64,000 nt of DNA from Coriobacteriia bacterium (lineage in GTDB: Bacteria > Actinomycetota > Coriobacteriia > Anaerosomatales > SLCP01). The translations under genes and the position numbers were made by a program. This document shows positions 1 through 12,173 of this stretch, in pieces (the first letter of the stretch is position 1; every line of letters starts with the position of its first letter). The DNA lies in the NCBI GenBank assembly GCA_014859265.1, contig JACUUN010000004.1:1718-65717 (forward strand). The letters run 5' to 3'. The notes under the pieces are model-generated. The model saw only the letters and a program-made list of their open reading frames with translations, was not told the origin of the DNA and did no database searches.

Positions 1-1
1 C

Positions 2-334
2 CCGCTCGCCCCGTTCACCGAGTTCAAGGGCGCCCTCACCGAGAACTACGTACTACAGTCACTCATGGCCCACTTCGACGTGCCCCCGCGCTACTGGACT
101 TCCGAAGGGACAGCCGAAGTCGAATTCCTGATCCAGCACGGCAACGACGTGCACCCCGTCGAGGTTAAGTCGGGACGCAGCGTCAGAGCGAAGAGCCTCG
201 GTGTGTTCCGCAACCGGTACCACCCGCGAATCGCGGTACGGCTATCGCTGCGCAACCTCGAACTCAGGGACGGGTTGCTCAACGTGCCGCTCTACATGGC
301 AGACCAGCTCGAGCGGCTCCTCACGATCGCCTAG
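2..334 (+). CDS. AAA+ ATPase C-terminal region, DUF4143-like (5' end lies outside the window)
   Basis: Frame is open from base 2 (PLAPFTEFKGALTENYVLQSLMAHFDV...TAEVEFLIQHGNDVHPVEVKSG) to the stop at 332-334. The pattern resembles the C-terminal domain of DUF4143 ATPases. Family call is from memory only. Confidence 0.5.
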   Translation, partial: PLAPFTEFKGALTENYVLQSLMAHFDVPPRYWTSEGTAEVEFLIQHGNDVHPVEVKSGRSVRAKSLGVFRNRYHPRIAVRLSLRNLELRDGLLNVPLYMADQLERLLTIA

Positions 335-346
335 AACGCGCAGGTT

Positions 347-364
347 GCCCCCGTCTCCGGGGGC
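347..364. terminator. GC hairpin between convergent genes (bidirectional terminator candidate)
   Basis: gcccccg-tctc-cgggggc gives a 7-bp perfect stem and 4-nt loop. It lies between the stop at 334 (+) and the serA stop at 379 (-). Confidence 0.4.
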
Positions 365-378
365 CACCAACCCTCACC

Positions 379-1959
379 CTACAGCTCCACGCTCCAGGCG
401 TCCTCCATCCCCGCCTCGGTCACGATCGTCTCGAGTGTCTCGGGCGGGACGGGGGTGTCGACGTTGATGCCCATGAGCGCCGTGCCGTGGAGCTTCTTCC
501 GGCCGACCTGCATCTGAGCGATGTTGATCTTGTTGGCGCCAAGGATCGTGCCGACCTTGCCGATCATGCCGGGCCGGTCCTCGTAGATGAAGAACGACAT
601 GTACTCGGAGGGGATCATATCCAGGTCGAACCCGTACAAGGAGACGAGGCGCGGCTCGTTCTTCTTCCCCATGACGGTCGCACCGATCTCGAGTGGCTCC
701 TCGGGGGTCTTCGCGCACACTGTGATCATCGAGACGTAGTCCAGCGTCTCGGACTGCCGGATCTCGCTGATCTCCATGCCTCTCTGCTCGGCGTAGTAGT
801 CGGCGTTGACGAAGTTCACGCTCTCGGCACTCACCACGCTCAGGAGCCCCTTGAGCACCGCCGTCCGCAGGATGCGGGTGTCCACGTCGGCGAGCCCGCC
901 GACGAAGCGGATGTCGAGCGCTTCCAGGCCGTGACGTGCCATCTGCGCGACCATCTTGCCGAGCGTCTCGGCGACGTCGATGTACGGACCCACTGCGTCG
1001 AGGACCTCTGGGGAGACCGGCGCGATGTTGACCGCGGTCGGCACCATCTTGCCGAGCAACCCCGCGCTCACGTACTCGGCGATCTGCTCGCCGGCGCGGT
1101 CCTGCGCCTCGGCGGTCGAGGCACCCAGGTGCGGCGTGAGGATGACGTTCTCGTATGCGGCGAGCGGCGAGTCGGTGCACGGCTCGACCTCGAAGACGTC
1201 GATGGCCACACTCGCGACCTTGCCGCTCTTGAGCGCCTCTTCGAGCGCCTCGGTCCGGTAGATGCCGCCGCGCGCGGTGTTCACGAGCCGAACGCCGTCC
1301 TTCATGAGTGCGAACTGCTCGGGGCCGAACATCCCGATGGTCTCTTTGGTCTTGGGCAGGTGCACAGTGATGAAGTCGGCCTGCGACAGGACCTCGTCTA
1401 CGTCTGCGAAAAGCTCCACGCCCATCGCCTGCGCCCGATCCTCGGTGAGGTAGGGATCGTAGCCGATGACGCGCATGCCGAGGCCGCGCGCCCGCTCGGC
1501 CACGAGCGAGCCGATGCGCCCGAGACCGAAGATCGCGAGCGTCTTCTCGTAGACCTCGGCCCCGGTGAACTTCGAGCGCTCCCACTTACACTCGCGCATC
1601 GATGCCCACGCCTGCGGGATGCTGCGTGCCTGCGCGAGCATGAGCGCGACGGTATGCTCGGCGGCTGAGACGATGTTGCTCGTCGGCGCGTTACACACGA
1701 TGATGCCGCGCTCGGTAGCAGCCTGGACGTCGACGTTGTCCACGCCCACACCCGCCCGGCCGATGATCTTGAGGTTCACGCCCGCCTCGATGACCTCGCG
1801 TGTGGCCTTCGTGGCCGAGCGCACGATAAGCGCGTCGTAGGCGGGTATCTCGGCGACAAGCTCCTCGGGTGAGAGGCCCACCTTGACCTTGACATCGAAG
1901 TGCTCCTTGAGCATCTCTACGCCGGAGTCGGCAATCTTCTCGGCTACCAGTACCTTCAT
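379..1959 (-). CDS. serA: D-3-phosphoglycerate dehydrogenase with C-terminal ACT domain
   Basis: Translation MKVLVAEKIADSGVEMLKEHF...IIGRAGVGVDNVDVQAATERGIIVCNAPTSN...HLGAST is a long-form SerA. I moved the start to the ATG at 1957-1959; the 620-aa track ORF has an Arg/His-rich non-protein-like N-extension. It has a 4-nt ATGA overlap with the upstream gene. Confidence 0.9.
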   Translation of the reverse strand: MKVLVAEKIADSGVEMLKEHFDVKVKVGLSPEELVAEIPAYDALIVRSATKATREVIEAGVNLKIIGRAGVGVDNVDVQAATERGIIVCNAPTSNIVSAAEHTVALMLAQARSIPQAWASMRECKWERSKFTGAEVYEKTLAIFGLGRIGSLVAERARGLGMRVIGYDPYLTEDRAQAMGVELFADVDEVLSQADFITVHLPKTKETIGMFGPEQFALMKDGVRLVNTARGGIYRTEALEEALKSGKVASVAIDVFEVEPCTDSPLAAYENVILTPHLGASTAEAQDRAGEQIAEYVSAGLLGKMVPTAVNIAPVSPEVLDAVGPYIDVAETLGKMVAQMARHGLEALDIRFVGGLADVDTRILRTAVLKGLLSVVSAESVNFVNADYYAEQRGMEISEIRQSETLDYVSMITVCAKTPEEPLEIGATVMGKKNEPRLVSLYGFDLDMIPSEYMSFFIYEDRPGMIGKVGTILGANKINIAQMQVGRKKLHGTALMGINVDTPVPPETLETIVTEAGMEDAWSVEL

Positions 1960-3140
1960 CGGTCGCTCCCTGTGCTGTCCGGTGGTCGCTGCTGCTGTTC
2001 CATGAACACGGCTTCGGCGGCGCTCAGCCCTGCGCCGCGCTCGAACTCGTACCCCAACTGCGCGAGCGTCATCTCGAGCGCCGCGAGTGTGGTGATGATG
2101 TCGAAGTCGCCGAAGTAGCCGAGGTGCCCCACGCGGAAGATGCGGCCCGCGTAGGCATCCTGGCCACCGGCGATGGTCACGCCGTAGGCATCCTTCATGA
2201 TCTTGACGATGGCCTTGCCGTCCACGCCCTCGGGTACCCACACGGGCGTCACGGCGCTCCCGCGGCCCTCCGGAGGGGCGAAGAGCTTGAGGCCGAGGGC
2301 CTCGCAGCCCCGGCGGGTGGCCTCGGCCAGACGCGCGTGACGGGCGATGGTGTTCTCGATGCCCTCCTCGCGAATCATCCGGAGCGCCTCAACGAGCCCG
2401 ATGATGAGCGAGACCGGCGGGGTGAACGGCGTGGTCTCCTTCTCGAGGTTCTTCTGGTAGCGCGCCCAGTCGAAGTAGAACTTCGGCAGGGTGGAGCGCT
2501 CGTAGGCGCGCCAGGCCTTGGGCGAGACGGTGAGTGCGGCCAGCCCCGGCGGGAGCATGAGTCCCTTCTGCGAGCCGGTCATGACCACGTCCAGACCCCA
2601 CTCGTCGGTCTTGCACTCCACGGCGCCGATGCCGGTGATCGAGTCGACGATGAAGACGCACTCGGGGTGCTCGGCGACGATCGCGCCGATCGTCTTGACG
2701 TCGTTGAGCACGCCGCTCGAGGTCTCGGACTGCACGACCACCACGCCGCGCACGCCCGGGTTCTCCTCGAGCGCGGTGGCGATGTCGGCCGGGTCGACCG
2801 TCTCAGTCCACTCGTAGGAGAGGTCGACGACGTTCAGCCCGTAGGCCTTGCCGAGCTGCACCATCCGGTCGCCGAACTTACCGTTGCGCGCCACCACGAC
2901 AGTATCCCCGGCACAGAAACAGTTCGCGAAGGCGGACTCCATCACGCCCGTGCCCGAGCACGACATGATGAGAACGTCTGATTCTGAAGTCTCGAAGACG
3001 TACTTGAGTCCCTCGATGGCCTCCATGAGAATCGCCGAGAAGTCCGGCGTCCGGTGGTGGATCATCGGCCGGGCCTGCGCGAGGAGCACCTCGGCAGGTA
3101 CCGGCGTGGGACCAGGCGTCATCAGGTACTTCTTCTGCAT
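1956..3140 (-). CDS. Class V (AGXT/serine-pyruvate family) aminotransferase, probable phosphoserine aminotransferase by context
   Basis: 394 aa: MQKKYLMTPGPTPVPAEVLLA...SGTGVMESA...TGSQKGLMLPPGLA (PLP-Lys motif region). It is translationally coupled to serA. The archaeal/cyanobacterial-type PSAT role is inferred from this adjacency. Confidence 0.7.
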   Translation of the reverse strand: MQKKYLMTPGPTPVPAEVLLAQARPMIHHRTPDFSAILMEAIEGLKYVFETSESDVLIMSCSGTGVMESAFANCFCAGDTVVVARNGKFGDRMVQLGKAYGLNVVDLSYEWTETVDPADIATALEENPGVRGVVVVQSETSSGVLNDVKTIGAIVAEHPECVFIVDSITGIGAVECKTDEWGLDVVMTGSQKGLMLPPGLAALTVSPKAWRAYERSTLPKFYFDWARYQKNLEKETTPFTPPVSLIIGLVEALRMIREEGIENTIARHARLAEATRRGCEALGLKLFAPPEGRGSAVTPVWVPEGVDGKAIVKIMKDAYGVTIAGGQDAYAGRIFRVGHLGYFGDFDIITTLAALEMTLAQLGYEFERGAGLSAAEAVFMEQQQRPPDSTGSDR

Positions 3141-3155
3141 TGTGGGGCGCCCCTC

Positions 3156-4716
<1,561 letters not shown>

Positions 4717-6471
4717 CTACTCCCACACCTCCTCGAGCAGTTCGTCGTCGAGCATCTCTGAGACCGGACACCCGGGGATACCCCCGAGCATCTCGTCGAT
4801 CGAGCCGCCCGGGGCCACCATCGGGTAGACGCACTCCTCTGCCTCGACCCGGCAGTCCACGATGGCCGGGCCGTCGAAGGCGAACGCCGCCTGGAGCGCC
4901 TGATCGACATCCTCGGGCTTCTCGGCCCGCACGCCAAAGCAGCCGTAGGCCTCGGCCAGCTTCACGAAGTCCGGGCAGTCCTGCGGCAGGATCGACTCGC
5001 TGTACCGCTTGCCGTAGAAGAGTTCCTGCCACTGGCGCACCATGCCGAGGAAGCCGTTGTTGAGGATGACGACCTTGACCGGCAGGTTGTGGATCTTGGC
5101 GGTGGTGAGCTCCTGGCTCACCATCTGGAACGAGCCGTCGCCGGCGATGTCGATAACGAGCGCGTCGGGACGGCCCGCCTGCGCGCCGATCGACGCCGGG
5201 AAGCCGAAACCCATCGTGCCGAGCCCTCCCGAGGAGACCCAGTTGCGCGGCTTGAGCGCCTTGTGGAACTGCATCGCCCACATCTGGTTCTGGCCGACCT
5301 CGGTGCAGATGATGGTCTCGCGGTCGGCGGTGAGCTCATCGATGCGCTCGACCACCCGCTGCGGCATGATCGTCTCGGATTCCTTGTGGTAGTGCAGCGG
5401 GAAGCGGCTGCGCCAGTCGTCGATGGCGCGCATCCACGCATCGGTGCGCGGCTCGGCGCCCGTCTTGCGCAGCTCGGCCACGAGCCCCGCGACGATGTGC
5501 TTGGCGTCGCCGACGATCGGGACGTCGACGGGCCGGTTCTTGCCGATCTCGGCCGGGTCGATGTCGATGTGGATGACCTTGGCCTTGCTCGCAAAGGCCG
5601 CGAGTTTGCCGGTCACCCGGTCGTCGAAGCGCACGCCGATGCCGATGAGCAGGTCGGTCTCGGTAATCGAGTAGTTGGTGTACTTGGCGCCGTGCATGCC
5701 CGGCGTGCCGATGGAGAGGTGATGGTCCTCCGGGAACGCTCCCTTGCCCATGAGCGTGCAGGTCACGGGCAGCTGCATGAGTTCGGCAAGCTCCTTGATC
5801 TCCTTGGAAGCCCCGCTCGCGATGACCCCGCCGCCCACGTAAAGCAGCGGCTTGCGCGCTTTGGCGATGAGGTTCGCAGCCTGCTTGATCTGCTTGGCGT
5901 GTCCACGATAGGTGGGCTTGTAGCCGGGCAGGTTCACCGAAGCGGGCCAGACGAAGTCGACCTCGCCCTTGCTCACGTCCACCGGCACGTCGATGAGCAC
6001 CGGCCCGGGGCGACCCGTGGTGGCGATGTGGAACGCCTCCTTGATGACCTCGGGCAGGTCCTTGGCATCCTTCACGAGGTAGTTGTGCTTGGTGATGGGG
6101 AGCGTGATGCCGGTGATGTCGGACTCCTGGAAGGCGTCCGTGCCGATGACGCTCGTCGCGACCTGGCCGGTGAACACGACGAGCGGGATCGAGTCCATGT
6201 AGGCGTTGGCGATACCCGTGACGGTGTTGGTGGCGCCCGGACCGCTCGTGACGAGCGCGACGCCTGGCCTGCCGGTCACCCGCGCGTAGCCGTCGGCCGC
6301 GTGGACCGCGCCCTGCTCGTGGCGCACCAGGATGTGCCGGATGTCCTCGGCGTCGTAGATGGCGTCATAGATGGGGAGCACCACACCGCCCGGGTATCCG
6401 AACATGATGTCGACGCCCTCGGCCACAAGCCCTCGCACGAGGGCTTCGGCGCCGGTGATACGTTCGCTCAT
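4717..6471 (-). CDS. ilvB: Acetolactate synthase large subunit (ThDP enzyme)
   Basis: [37 protein letters not shown]...[15 protein letters not shown]..., 584 aa. The ATG at 6469-6471 overlaps the ilvD stop (ATGA). The rest of the 1140-aa track ORF is a read-through artefact across ilvD. Confidence 0.92.
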   Translation of the reverse strand: MSERITGAEALVRGLVAEGVDIMFGYPGGVVLPIYDAIYDAEDIRHILVRHEQGAVHAADGYARVTGRPGVALVTSGPGATNTVTGIANAYMDSIPLVVFTGQVATSVIGTDAFQESDITGITLPITKHNYLVKDAKDLPEVIKEAFHIATTGRPGPVLIDVPVDVSKGEVDFVWPASVNLPGYKPTYRGHAKQIKQAANLIAKARKPLLYVGGGVIASGASKEIKELAELMQLPVTCTLMGKGAFPEDHHLSIGTPGMHGAKYTNYSITETDLLIGIGVRFDDRVTGKLAAFASKAKVIHIDIDPAEIGKNRPVDVPIVGDAKHIVAGLVAELRKTGAEPRTDAWMRAIDDWRSRFPLHYHKESETIMPQRVVERIDELTADRETIICTEVGQNQMWAMQFHKALKPRNWVSSGGLGTMGFGFPASIGAQAGRPDALVIDIAGDGSFQMVSQELTTAKIHNLPVKVVILNNGFLGMVRQWQELFYGKRYSESILPQDCPDFVKLAEAYGCFGVRAEKPEDVDQALQAAFAFDGPAIVDCRVEAEECVYPMVAPGGSIDEMLGGIPGCPVSEMLDDELLEEVWE

Positions 6472-8132
6472 GAAACCACCGCCCCTTCGTCGGCGCTGGA
6501 GACGAAACGTGCGTAGCGGGCGAGGTAGCCCGTGGTGATTCGAGGCTCCGGAGCCGTCCAGTGGCGCCGCCGGTCGGCGAGGCGCTCCTCGGTCACCGCG
6601 AGCATGATCGTGCCCGTGTCGATGTCGATGGTGATCTCGTCGCCCTCCTCCACGAATGCGATCGGTCCGCCGGCCGCCGCCTCCGGAGAGACGTGGCCGA
6701 TAGCCGGGCCCTTGGTAGCGCCGGAGAAGCGGCCGTCGGTGATGAGCGCAACGCTGGTGGAGAGTCCAATGCCGGAGATGGCAGACGTGGGCGTGAGCAT
6801 CTCGCGCATACCCGGACCGCCCTTCGGGCCCTCGTAGCGGATGACGACGACATCGCCCTCGCGGATCTCGCCGCCGAAGATCGCGGTCACGGCCGCCTCC
6901 TCGGAGTCGAAGACGCGGGCCGGGCCGGTGTGGACGCGCATCTCGGGCTGGACCGCGGACTGCTTGACGACGCAGCCCTTCGGCGCAAGGTTGCCCTTGA
7001 GCACGCGCAGGCCGCCCTCGGGGTAGTAGGCGTTGCCGACCGGACGCACGACCTCGGTGTCGTAGTTCGCCGAGCCGTCGACGATCTCGCCCATCGTCAT
7101 CCCCGAAACGGTCATGACGTCGCGCGCGACGAGCCCGGCCTTGTCGAGTTCGACTAAGATGGCACCGATGCCGCCGGCCGCGTAGAGGTCCTCGAGGTGG
7201 TAGTCGCTCGCCGGCGAGATGTGGCAGATGTTGGGGGTGCGAGCCGAGACTTCGGCCCAGTCCTCGAGGGTGATCGGGTAGCCGGCCTCGTGCGCGATGG
7301 CAGTGAGGTGCAGCACTGTGTTGCTCGAGCCGCCGAACGCCATGTCGAGCGTCATCGCGTTGCGAATGGCATCGGGCGTGATGATCTGGCGGGCGGTGAC
7401 ACCCTGCTCGAGCAGCTGCATGACCTTCATGCCGGCGCGCTTCGCGAGCCTCAGACGCTCCGAATAGACGGCCGGGATGGTGCCGTTGCCGGGAAGCCCC
7501 ATGCCGATGGCCTCGGTGAGGCAGTTCATCGAATTGGCGGTGAAGAGCCCGGCACACGATCCGCACGTGGGGCACGCGGCGTTCTCGAGTTCGAGCAGCT
7601 CGTCCTCGGACATCTCGCCGCACTTGACCTTGCCCACCGCGGTGAAGACCGTGTCGAGATCCACGTGCTTGCCGCGGTGCGTGCCCGAGAGCATCGGGCC
7701 GCCCGAGACCACGACGGTGGGGATGTCGAGGCGGGCGGCCGCCATGAGCATGCCCGGGATGATCTTGTCGCAGTTCGGGATCATCACCATGGCGTCGAAG
7801 GCGTGCGCCTCGATGGCGAGCTCGACACTGTCGGCGATGACCTCGCGACTCGCGAGCGAGTAGCGCATGCCGGCGTGGTTCATGGCGATGCCGTCGCACA
7901 CGCCGATGGTGGCGAACTCGAGCGGAGTCCCACCGGCCATGTAGATGCCAGCCCGGACCGCGTCGGCAACCTTGTCGAGCATAAGGTGGCCGGGGATGAT
8001 GTCGTTGACCGAGTTGACGATGGCGACCAGCGGCCGCGCGATCTCCTCGTCGGTGAGCCCGTCGGCCTTGAGCAGGCTGCGGTGGGGGGCCTTGGTCACC
8101 CCCCCCTTCATGAGCGTGCTTCTCAGCTCCAT
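6468..8132 (-). CDS. ilvD: Dihydroxy-acid dehydratase
   Basis: [49 protein letters not shown]...[12 protein letters not shown]..., 554 aa. A GGAAGGTGG RBS precedes the ATG at 8130-8132. Confidence 0.92.
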   Translation of the reverse strand: MELRSTLMKGGVTKAPHRSLLKADGLTDEEIARPLVAIVNSVNDIIPGHLMLDKVADAVRAGIYMAGGTPLEFATIGVCDGIAMNHAGMRYSLASREVIADSVELAIEAHAFDAMVMIPNCDKIIPGMLMAAARLDIPTVVVSGGPMLSGTHRGKHVDLDTVFTAVGKVKCGEMSEDELLELENAACPTCGSCAGLFTANSMNCLTEAIGMGLPGNGTIPAVYSERLRLAKRAGMKVMQLLEQGVTARQIITPDAIRNAMTLDMAFGGSSNTVLHLTAIAHEAGYPITLEDWAEVSARTPNICHISPASDYHLEDLYAAGGIGAILVELDKAGLVARDVMTVSGMTMGEIVDGSANYDTEVVRPVGNAYYPEGGLRVLKGNLAPKGCVVKQSAVQPEMRVHTGPARVFDSEEAAVTAIFGGEIREGDVVVIRYEGPKGGPGMREMLTPTSAISGIGLSTSVALITDGRFSGATKGPAIGHVSPEAAAGGPIAFVEEGDEITIDIDTGTIMLAVTEERLADRRRHWTAPEPRITTGYLARYARFVSSADEGAVVS

Positions 8133-8227
8133 CGTCCACCTTCCCTTACGGCGGGCAGGAGGCGTCCGGGCGGCCGCACGAGCTGTGGACGGGCACGGAT
8201 GGTGCCCCGCGCGCCGGGTTGGCCCCG

Positions 8228-8586
8228 AAACGCACAAAACCGCGGTCAGGACATACTCCTCCCGTCGCCGGGACGAGAGTCTGCCTCCCGCGGTACCACC
8301 CCGCTTGGCGCGTTGACGACGGCATTCCCGCCGCTGAGGCGGTGCAGCCGGCGCGTCCGCGCCCACTCGTGCGGCAGGTAACGGATGCCACCGACCCGGC
8401 CTACTGGCCCCGGATCCCGTCGGAGGTCGTCCGCGCGAGAGGGTCCGGGCTGTTCTTCCGGGTGGCTCAGGGGACACTTTCGAGACGTCCTGCGCCGGGC
8501 TCTCATCTGTGCCCGGCTCTCTGGGAGCAAGGATTGGCCCCTACTTCTCCCCGTCGTAGCCACTCACCGTATTCAGATTGCAGTAA
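8228..8586 (-). promoter_or_regulatory. T-box riboswitch leader (termination type), predicted Val specifier
   Basis: The minus strand has the T-box core GGGGUGGUACCGCG at 8289..8302. Stem I elements are visible (GAAGUA, AGAGAG bay, and specifier-loop 3' side GAAA-GUG-U with GUG at 8475..8477). A long terminator helix re-uses CCGCGG (8240..8245) and is followed by UUUUGUGCGUUU (8228..8239). Confidence 0.7.
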
Positions 8587-8592
8587 GTGCGC

Positions 8593-8620
8593 AGTATAGC
8601 ACGCCGGTTACGGGTGTTGA
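8593..8620 (-). promoter_or_regulatory. Candidate sigma70-type promoter of the ilv/ser operon
   Basis: Minus strand reads TCAACA (8615-8620), 16 nt spacer, TATACT (8593-8598), just upstream of the T-box Stem I. Confidence 0.4.
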
Positions 8621-8624
8621 CAGG

Positions 8625-8654
8625 ATGGAACCGTACAAGGTGGAACCGTACAAG
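8625..8654. repeat. 15-bp tandem direct repeat, two units
   Basis: atggaaccgtacaag (8625-8639) and gtggaaccgtacaag (8640-8654) are 14/15 identical. They lie 5 nt upstream of the putative -35 of the ilv promoter. Confidence 0.85.
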
Positions 8655-8819
8655 AACCGCGTTGCCTGATTCGCCTGTCCGTTATAGATCTCTTCCGCGA
8701 GATGGTGCGGTGAGCGGCGACCGCCACCTGCTCGAACTTCGCGAGTTCCGGGGAATCCAGATCGTACGGGTGGCGCGCTTCCTCGAGGACCTGTAGGGGT
8801 TGCGCGCTCTGTCGGGTTA

Positions 8820-8869
8820 GTGGGTGCGGTTGCACCCACCATGGGTGCGATCGCACCCACTTTCGTGAC
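8820..8869 (+). repeat. Twin-hairpin intergenic repeat, copy 1
   Basis: gtgggtgc-ggtt-gcaccca ccat gggtgc-gatc-gcaccc actttcgtgac. By hand alignment it is 43/50 identical to 41949..41998 in the same orientation. Flanks are also similar (gtcgggttag/gtcaggtttg on the left, gaccccctc/ggacccctc on the right). Confidence 0.8.
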
Positions 8870-8940
8870 GCAGCCGCAGACCCCCTCACCCCCCAGGCGG
8901 TCCCGCGCCTGCAGCCTCGCAGCCGCCAGCCCGGCGCCTC

Positions 8941-10206
8941 TTACAGCCCCGCACCCTCGATCACCATACGCCTGCCCAGACCGCCAGCGCGGGCGGTCAT
9001 GAGTGCAGTCGGCTCGCCCTGGAACGCGTTGCCCTCGATGAAGAACACGCTCGCACCGTCAGCGCTCCATCCCAGCGGGTAGGTGTCGCGACGCACTGTG
9101 AGCGAGACCGGCGTGCCGCCCGCGACCGGCACGATCGACGCGCGCGAGTAGCCGTCGTCGCCCACCTCGGCGTAGAGCAGTCGCTGGCCGTCGGGAGAGA
9201 GCATGAGGTTGGCGTAGCCGAACGGGCGCTGCGTCTGGGGCTTGCCGACGATGCGTCGCGGCGTGCTCCCATCCACACGCATGACCCAGATCTCGGGATC
9301 GATCTGCTTCTCGGTGCCGGTCACATCGGTGTAGCGCATGCCGATCACGGCGTAGGCGATGACACCGCCTTCGACGGCACACGCAGCAGGCTGACCGCGC
9401 GTGGCCACCTGCGTCGCCGAGCGCCCTGACGGCAGCACCCAAAGGCTGCCTGCGGTCGGGTCCATCACCACCCCGGGAATCGGCAGAGCCGCAATCGTAC
9501 CGTCCGACGCGACGGCGGGAGCCCCTGCCTGGACAACCTTCACGGGGCCTACGCCGATGCGCCGCGATGCCCGCCACACTTCGGTCACCCCGTGACCGCC
9601 TTCGATAGCGCGCAGGTAGAGCAGCGCCGAAGAGTCCGTCTCCCACGCGAGCGCGTGAGGCTGGGCATCCCCGACCACCGTGCGCTGGCGGAGATCCACG
9701 GGGAGGATCGTGAGTTCGCCCTGTTCGACCAGCGCTACCGCACTCCCATCGGGCGAGAGCGCGAACGTGCCCTGCTCCGAATCGGCCACTTTGACCGGTT
9801 CGGTACCGTCCTCGCGTGAGACCCAGATCCCGCCAGCGAAGCGGTACGCCACAAACGGTGCGCGTCCGAGCGCTACCGTAGACGACTCTCCGCCCTCAGA
9901 ACCGTTACTGCCGGTACCCATGCCGCCGCCCGGCCCGGTGCCACCCGCCGTCCCGTCGGGCGCAGGGGTTGTCTCATCCCCGGGACCGACCGTGCCGGTA
10001 GCGTCCGTGCCACCGGTCGGGGGTATGGGCTCCACGACAACCAGCTCATCGTCATCGGCGTCCGGGCCGAGTAGCGCGGGCACGGCAACCATCGCAATCG
10101 CGCCCAACACGACGAGCACCCCGGCGACAAGCGCCACAAGCCTGCGCTTATCGGCCAAGAGCCACTCCCAGCGCGTGCCGGGGATGTCGATGGGCTTCTC
10201 GTCCAC
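8941..10206 (-). CDS. Membrane-anchored PD40/TolB-like beta-propeller repeat protein
   Basis: 421 aa with an N-terminal TM helix (LVALVAGVLVVLGAIAMVAV) and a Gly/Thr/Pro-rich linker. Repeated LSPDG..(A/L)xY-type motifs follow (FALSPDGSAVALVE, LMLSPDGQRLLYAE, GWSADGASVFF). Confidence 0.6.
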   Translation of the reverse strand: MDEKPIDIPGTRWEWLLADKRRLVALVAGVLVVLGAIAMVAVPALLGPDADDDELVVVEPIPPTGGTDATGTVGPGDETTPAPDGTAGGTGPGGGMGTGSNGSEGGESSTVALGRAPFVAYRFAGGIWVSREDGTEPVKVADSEQGTFALSPDGSAVALVEQGELTILPVDLRQRTVVGDAQPHALAWETDSSALLYLRAIEGGHGVTEVWRASRRIGVGPVKVVQAGAPAVASDGTIAALPIPGVVMDPTAGSLWVLPSGRSATQVATRGQPAACAVEGGVIAYAVIGMRYTDVTGTEKQIDPEIWVMRVDGSTPRRIVGKPQTQRPFGYANLMLSPDGQRLLYAEVGDDGYSRASIVPVAGGTPVSLTVRRDTYPLGWSADGASVFFIEGNAFQGEPTALMTARAGGLGRRMVIEGAGL

Positions 10207-10231
10207 GTCGCCCCCTGACGGGGTCGTGCCG

Positions 10232-11323
<1,092 letters not shown>

Positions 11324-11498
11324 ACGGGACGAAACCTCCAGGTGTTCGTGGTCAGGACGCTGGATGCGATTGTACGCGAGCAGGCGCGCTGCTGCATCGG
11401 GAAAGGGGCCGGGTACGGGACATGCCTCTGGCTTGGTAAGACAATGGTATACTCATGGTAAGCCCAATGCTCCACCATTCGTGGTGGAGGTGATGCGT

Positions 11499-11747
11499 AT
11501 GCGAGGTGCAACCGCGATGAAGAAGCGACTCGTCCGCCACGGAAACAGCCGGGCCCTCGTCATCGACAAGGCTCTGCTTGAAGTCATGAACCTGGCCGAT
11601 GACGACGAGGTCCAGGTCGCCATCAACGGTGATCAGCTGATAATCACGCCAGTTCGTCGCAGCGATGAGCGCCAAGAGCGGTTTGAGCAGGCCGTTGAAC
11701 GTACTTTGGAGCGATACGACGGTCTCTTCCGGCGGCTGGCGGAGTGA
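11499..11747 (+). CDS. AbrB/SpoVT-type antitoxin (Phd-like partner of Doc)
   Basis: ...MKKRLVRHGNSRALVIDKALLEVMNLADDDEVQVAINGDQLIITPV shows a swapped-hairpin AbrB fold pattern. GGAGG at 11486-11490 favours the ATG at 11499 (alternative start 11517). The stop overlaps the GTG start of doc (GTGA). Confidence 0.7.
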   Translation: MRGATAMKKRLVRHGNSRALVIDKALLEVMNLADDDEVQVAINGDQLIITPVRRSDERQERFEQAVERTLERYDGLFRRLAE

Positions 11748-12148
11748 TTGTGGGGATCAATTTCCTGGACATCGAACAAGCCCTCACGATTCACGCTGTT
11801 CAGTTGCGGCGTTACGGCGGAAGCGCTGGCGTACGCGACATGGGAATGCTTGACTCGGCGGTCGAGATGCCACGTGCGGGCTTCGGGGACCAGTATCTGC
11901 ATGAAGACATATTCCAGATGGCCGCCGCATATGTGTTCCACATCGTCATGAACCATCCGTTCATCGACGGGAACAAGCGCGCCGGGTTTCACGCGGCTGT
12001 AGTCTTCCTCGATCTCAACGGCTGGGCACTCACTCTGGATGACGACGACGCCTACGACCTCGTGATCGGGGTGTGTGAGGGCACGGTCACCAAGAAGGCG
12101 CTGGCCGACGCGTTGCGCTCGGACAGTGAGCCGCTGGCCGAGGAGTAG
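11744..12148 (+). CDS. doc: Doc (death-on-curing) Fic-family toxin
   Basis: 134 aa carrying the Doc variant of the Fic motif, HPFIDGNKR. Confidence 0.85.
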   Translation: MIVGINFLDIEQALTIHAVQLRRYGGSAGVRDMGMLDSAVEMPRAGFGDQYLHEDIFQMAAAYVFHIVMNHPFIDGNKRAGFHAAVVFLDLNGWALTLDDDDAYDLVIGVCEGTVTKKALADALRSDSEPLAEE

Positions 12149-12173
12149 CGGCTAGACGGCGCCGGCCCTCCCC

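Noticed and set aside
8587-8889. ORFs 8587..8796 (+) and 8608..8889 (-) in the gap upstream of the ilv promoter. The minus ORF contains ...VLEEARHPYDLDSPELAKFEQ..., which faintly resembles a fragment of an ATPase family.
   Set aside because: The similarity is too short and vague to support. There is no RBS, and the ORF runs through the tandem repeat and the twin-hairpin repeat. I treat the region as non-coding.
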